This document shows positions 59,633-64,000 of a stretch of DNA of 64,000 nt, piece by piece. A program made the position numbers and the translations under genes. Numbering within the stretch: position 1 is the stretch's first letter; each line of letters opens with the position of its first letter. The notes below the pieces were generated by a model. It made no database searches. It worked only from the letters and a program-made list of their open reading frames with translations, and had not been told where the DNA came from. Source of the DNA: Thermoplasmata archaeon (GTDB lineage Archaea; Thermoplasmatota; Thermoplasmata; Thermoplasmatales; GCA-001856825); the NCBI GenBank assembly GCA_021792255.1, contig JAJYUZ010000003.1:96001-160000 (forward strand), written 5' to 3'.

Positions 59633-62010
59633 TTTTCATGATTGAAAACAGAGCTATTGAAAAGGAGATGAAAGACTCCTACCTGGATTACGCGATGAGC
59701 GTGATTCTTGCCAGAGCGATACCCGATGTAAGGGACGGGCTAAAGCCCGTGCAAAGAAGAATTCTTTACTCGATGTACGAGATGGGGGTCACCTTTGACA
59801 AGCCTTACAGGAAGTCCGCAAGGATCGTTGGAGAGGTCATGGGTAAGTATCATCCTCACGGCGATTCGGCAATTTATTCTGCGCTGGCTAGAATGGCACA
59901 AGATTTCTCTCTGCGTTACACGTTAGTAGAGGGTCAAGGCAACTGGGGCTCGCGCGACGGGGATCCACCGGCCGCCATGAGGTACACCGAAGCTAGATTG
60001 AGTAAGATATCAAACGAAATGCTAGCTGATATCGAGTACGAAACCGTAGATTTCTCTTTGACCTTCGACGGAACACTCAAGGAACCGTTATGCCTCCCCT
60101 CCAAGATCCCTAACATTCTGTTGAACGGAACCTCGGGAATTGCGGTCGGTATGGCGACAAACATGCCTCCTCACAATTTAGGGGAAATAGTAGATGGATT
60201 GATACTGCTGATCAAAAACAAAGAGGCTGGGATCGAGGATCTCTTGAAGATAGTTAATGGCCCGGATTTTCCTACCGGAGGGATTATTCTAGGCAAGAAG
60301 GGAATTATCGATGCATACAGCACCGGAAGGGGCAAGTTTGACCTAAGAGCCAAGGCAGAGATAGAAAAGAACGAGATAATTTTCTCCGAAGTTCCTTACG
60401 AGGTCAACAAGTCCGAACTGCTGAGCAAGATTGCCGAACTTTCGAAGAACGACGTGATCGATGGTATATCTAACATAAAAGATGAGAGCAACAAGGATGG
60501 AATCAGGATCGTAGTAAAAGTCAAGAATGACTTCAACCCAGAGATCACTTTGAATCAGATATATGAGCATACCCAGGCTCAGGTATCGTACGGAATCATC
60601 AACCTCGTTCTCGTGAACAACGTTCCCAGAACCATGGGACTCAAGGAAATGATGGTCGAGTATCTGAACCACAGGGAGCTGGTCGTAAGAAGGAGAACCG
60701 AATTCTTTCTAAAAAAGGCCAGAGAAAGAGAGCACATCCTGGAAGCTCTTCTCAAGGCTCTGAATGCAATCGATCTTACCATAAAGATTATCAGGTCATC
60801 CAAGGAAGTGAAGGACGCGAGAGAGGGGCTGAAGAAACAGTTCTCACTGGACGATCTACAAGCAAATGCTATCCTCGACACGAAATTGCAAAAGTTGACT
60901 GGAATGGAGATTGCCGATCTCAAGAATGAGATGAAGGAGATTGAGGACAAAATAAAGCACTACATCGATCTCCTAAAGAATGAGGACAAAAGATGGGATC
61001 TGATAATCGAAGAGTTGGAAGAAGTCAAAGAAAAATATGGGGACTCCAGAAAGACAGAAATCACTGAGTCTTACGTCGAAACTACAGAAGAGGAGCTTAT
61101 TCCTCACGAAACTGATACCATCGTTCTTACCGAAGACAACAGGATAAGTCGTATTGAAGCAGATACCTTCTCCGCTCAGAAGAGGGGAGGCAAGGGTGTG
61201 TTCACTGGCTCTTCCGAGAGTGAGATCAAACAACTGATAACTTGTGACTCCCACGACAGGGTATTCTTCTTCTCTGACAACGGTAAGGTGTTCCAAATGA
61301 AAGCTTACACCATTCCCAAAGGGGAGAGAAGATCAAGGGCGAAACTGATCTCCGCCGTTTTCGATAACATGAAGGGGAGAATTGTTTTCATAATGAGTGA
61401 GAAGGGGGGAGAAGGCAAGAAATATCTTCTCTTTGTGACCGAAAGAGGGAGGGTAAAGAAGACCGAGATTTCTCAGTTTATGAACATCAGGTCAAATGGC
61501 CTGATCGCCCTGAAGCTTAGACCGGGAGATCTGCTGAAGGACGTGTTCGTCACCTCTGGCGATGAAAAAATCGCACTGCTCTCGACGGACGGAAGATTGG
61601 TCCTGGTCGAGGAGCGGGAATTCAGATCGATGGGCAGGGCAGCCTCTGGGGTCACTGGTATAAGATTCAAGGGAGAAAACAAGGTCGCAAGCGATGCAAC
61701 AATAACCACAGAAGACATGATCGTGATAGCCGAAAGAGGACTTGGAAAGAGAGTGAACGTAGGAGACTTTTCGATGAGACACCGCGGCGCTAAGGGAATG
61801 AGGGCTATCAAGATTACTGAAAGAACTGGAAGGCCAATTTATGTCTCATCCATTGAAGATACTGACGAGCTCTTGATCATTACCAGGAACGGAAAAACAA
61901 TTCGCACGGCAGTGGCTTCTATTCCACAGAAGGGAAGGAACGCCCAGGGAGTCAAGCTTATAGGTCTGGATGAGGGAGATCTGGTGGCTTCTGTCACTCG
62001 GATCTCTTGA
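59629..62010 (+). CDS. gyrA: DNA gyrase subunit A
   Basis: [22 protein letters not shown] (catalytic Tyr), GyrA-box QKRGGKG, C-terminal pinwheel repeats; start may be ATG 59638. Confidence 0.98.
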   Translation: MIFMIENRAIEKEMKDSYLDYAMSVILARAIPDVRDGLKPVQRRILYSMYEMGVTFDKPYRKSARIVGEVMGKYHPHGDSAIYSALARMAQDFSLRYTLVEGQGNWGSRDGDPPAAMRYTEARLSKISNEMLADIEYETVDFSLTFDGTLKEPLCLPSKIPNILLNGTSGIAVGMATNMPPHNLGEIVDGLILLIKNKEAGIEDLLKIVNGPDFPTGGIILGKKGIIDAYSTGRGKFDLRAKAEIEKNEIIFSEVPYEVNKSELLSKIAELSKNDVIDGISNIKDESNKDGIRIVVKVKNDFNPEITLNQIYEHTQAQVSYGIINLVLVNNVPRTMGLKEMMVEYLNHRELVVRRRTEFFLKKAREREHILEALLKALNAIDLTIKIIRSSKEVKDAREGLKKQFSLDDLQANAILDTKLQKLTGMEIADLKNEMKEIEDKIKHYIDLLKNEDKRWDLIIEELEEVKEKYGDSRKTEITESYVETTEEELIPHETDTIVLTEDNRISRIEADTFSAQKRGGKGVFTGSSESEIKQLITCDSHDRVFFFSDNGKVFQMKAYTIPKGERRSRAKLISAVFDNMKGRIVFIMSEKGGEGKKYLLFVTERGRVKKTEISQFMNIRSNGLIALKLRPGDLLKDVFVTSGDEKIALLSTDGRLVLVEEREFRSMGRAASGVTGIRFKGENKVASDATITTEDMIVIAERGLGKRVNVGDFSMRHRGAKGMRAIKITERTGRPIYVSSIEDTDELLIITRNGKTIRTAVASIPQKGRNAQGVKLIGLDEGDLVASVTRIS

Positions 62011-62878
62011 ATATACCCGCACTAGTGGTAGAGGTATCGAATACCATTACGTTCATTTCCTTCAATTTCTTTATGAGTTTCTCCTTTTCTCTTGGAATTA
62101 TGACTACTGCTCCCCCTCCCCCTGCGCCGGTGAGCTTCGCACCATAGCCATACTCCCTTCCGACTGAAACTATTCTTTCGATTTGGTCCGTGGATATTCC
62201 GAATACCTTGAGTTCGGAGTGGTTCTCGTTCATCAATTCCCCAATATTTGCTGCATCCCCTTTCATTACCGCTTTTACCCCGTCCTCCGTTATGCTGCCT
62301 ATCCTGTTCATTATGTCCTTCGCGAACTTGCCCCGCTCGTAGAACTTTCTCACCTTAGCTACTTGCTCCTTCGTCGATCCCTTTGAACCGGAGTACACGA
62401 TCACCATTTCGGTGTTTCTCGTCGGGACACTGGAAAAATTCCAAGAAATTCCGTTCTTTTCTATCTTCCACAGTGGAACTCCCTCTTTTCCGTTTGTCAA
62501 GACAAATCCTCCGGCCGCTATTGTGGTAGTATCAATTGGGGAGCCCAGACCCTGAGTTTCGTATTCGATGTTGAATGCCTCGTTGGCCAACTTTTCCTTT
62601 GTGTAATCTCTCTCACTGAGCAGTATGCTTGTTATGATCATTGAAGAGGTTCCGAGCCCCGATCCCGAAGGAACGTTCGTTTCCACCTTAACGTAAACAT
62701 TACTCAGACCAAGATAAGACAGGGTTTTCTGAACGAATGGCGTGTACTGGAGCCCGCTCCTGCTGGGAACGAGATAGATTTTGGCGAAGAGGTCTACTGT
62801 AGCAGATAGTGCGGGGTAACCGTACACTACTGCGTGTTCACCGAATAAAATTACCTTGTGCGGCGAGTAAACTACCAT
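61994..62878 (-). CDS. mvk: Mevalonate kinase (GHMP family)
   Basis: [43 protein letters not shown]. Confidence 0.88.
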   Translation of the reverse strand: MVVYSPHKVILFGEHAVVYGYPALSATVDLFAKIYLVPSRSGLQYTPFVQKTLSYLGLSNVYVKVETNVPSGSGLGTSSMIITSILLSERDYTKEKLANEAFNIEYETQGLGSPIDTTTIAAGGFVLTNGKEGVPLWKIEKNGISWNFSSVPTRNTEMVIVYSGSKGSTKEQVAKVRKFYERGKFAKDIMNRIGSITEDGVKAVMKGDAANIGELMNENHSELKVFGISTDQIERIVSVGREYGYGAKLTGAGGGGAVVIIPREKEKLIKKLKEMNVMVFDTSTTSAGIFKRSE

Positions 62879-62882
62879 TAGC

Positions 62883-63269
62883 TCATTTAAGAGATACTGG
62901 TTGACTTTGACTATCGTCCTTCTGGGCTACGACCGCCGTTCCATATGCTAAAACTTCTGACATCGTTTGTCCGATCTCTGATGAATCGAATCTCACTTCG
63001 ATGACCGCATTAGCACCAAGACTCTTCGCGTGTTGTTTGAGCCTTTCGAGCGCTTCGAACCTGCTCTGGTCGAGCATTTCTGTGTATTCCTTAATTTCTC
63101 CACCCGCAATCGTCCTAAGTCCAGCAATGACATTACCTCCCAGTCCTCTGGATCTGACTATCAGCCCCCATGTGAACCCTATAACGCTCGTTATTTTGTA
63201 TCCAGGTATGTAGGGAGTACTTACGACTACCAAGTCAGCTGTTGAAGGATTGTAGCTTCCACTGAACAT
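62883..63269 (-). CDS. UPF0145/YbjQ family protein
   Basis: GGEIKEYTEML..SR..A..RL...A..LGANAV, AYGTAV. Confidence 0.92.
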   Translation of the reverse strand: MFSGSYNPSTADLVVVSTPYIPGYKITSVIGFTWGLIVRSRGLGGNVIAGLRTIAGGEIKEYTEMLDQSRFEALERLKQHAKSLGANAVIEVRFDSSEIGQTMSEVLAYGTAVVAQKDDSQSQPVSLK

Positions 63270-63437
63270 GAAGAAGTCAGAAATAGAAGATATAAAACGG
63301 TTACGTCAGAATTGTATTTACTTGAAGAATCAGAGGAAAGGAATCCGTCGTACGCTAACGTGCTCACAGTGGATCGATGAAAGAGGAGATAAGAATATAA
63401 AAAGAAAATTAAGGAATGGAATGATGGTTACGATTGC

Positions 63438-64000
63438 TTAGTCTTCATCACCACCGGGTCTTCCTCCCGGCGGTCTTGGAGCTCCACCGCTAGTGGCTTT
63501 CGTCGCAATTACATCGTCGATCCTGAGAATCATAACCGCTGCGTCGGTAGCGCTGTCGATTGCCTGTCTTCCTACCCTGATCGGTTCAATAACTCCCAGA
63601 TTTAACATATCTATTGGTTTTCCCTTTATGACGTCTACGCCCGCATTCTTTTTTCCATCAGCGTGTTCTTTTTTCAGGGAGATTAGTATTCCTATCGAGT
63701 CGAGACCTGCATTTTCAGATAGGGTTCTCGGAACGATTTCCATTGCTTCCGCGAACTTCTCGATTGCGAGCTGTTCCCTTCCGCCAACGGATGCGCTGTA
63801 TTCCCTGAGTTTCATTGCAATTTCTACGGCTGCCGCCCCGCCACCCGGAATAATCTTTCCATCCTGCAGTGCTGCAGCGACCACGTGCAGCGAGTCGACA
63901 ATGCTTCTCTCAATTTCGTCAACAACGTGTTCCGTTCCACCCCTTACGAGTATGGAAACTGCCTTTGGATTCTTGCAACCGGTCACAAAGGTAAGATGGT
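63438..64000 (-). CDS. ths: Thermosome (group II chaperonin) subunit, C-terminal part (truncated by window end)
   Basis: [46 protein letters not shown]. Confidence 0.96.
   Translation of the reverse strand, partial: HLTFVTGCKNPKAVSILVRGGTEHVVDEIERSIVDSLHVVAAALQDGKIIPGGGAAAVEIAMKLREYSASVGGREQLAIEKFAEAMEIVPRTLSENAGLDSIGILISLKKEHADGKKNAGVDVIKGKPIDMLNLGVIEPIRVGRQAIDSATDAAVMILRIDDVIATKATSGGAPRPPGGRPGGDED

Noticed and set aside
57635-62010. Inteins in gyrB/gyrA
   Set aside because: Normal lengths; only short polar insertions in GyrB and no intein terminal motifs
53178-62010. Convergent 3' overlaps (gabD/flpA 8 nt, gyrA/mvk 17 nt) as antisense regulation
   Set aside because: Short tail-to-tail overlaps are ordinary in compact archaeal genomes

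Overview
Gene-dense archaeal chromosome segment (thermosome, fibrillarin, PAN, archaeal Sec11-type signal peptidase). DNA gyrase, an 11-subunit-type complex I and a heavily N-glycosylated solute-binding protein suggest an acidophilic Thermoplasmata-like euryarchaeon (inference). 1-10 kb holds the 3' part of a nuo/fpo-like operon (D-H-I-J1-J2-K-L-M-N, no EFG) with two coupled small ORFs, ubiX and a prenyl synthase. After tRNA-Leu(TAG) at 10.9 kb comes a ~42 kb metabolic region. It contains a bacterial-type isocitrate dehydrogenase, decayed gene remnants, and a tnpB-only IS200/IS605 (IS1341-type) element that cleanly splits a HAD hydrolase, with readable ends, guide tetranucleotides and target motif. 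It also has a putative mycobacterial-type MTHFR, divergent duplicated APC-permease/cyclase pairs and a three-gene membrane transhydrogenase. An Lrp-associated amine-catabolism cluster (36.7-53.2 kb) combines a saccharopine-dehydrogenase-like enzyme, three class III aminotransferases, MmsA, GabD and a split Opp/Dpp ABC transporter; this is the best candidate for an undescribed pathway. 53-64 kb is mostly housekeeping (fibrillarin, pan, gyrBA, mvk, thermosome). No CRISPR array or rRNA was seen. All calls rest on motif recognition by eye, without database searches.
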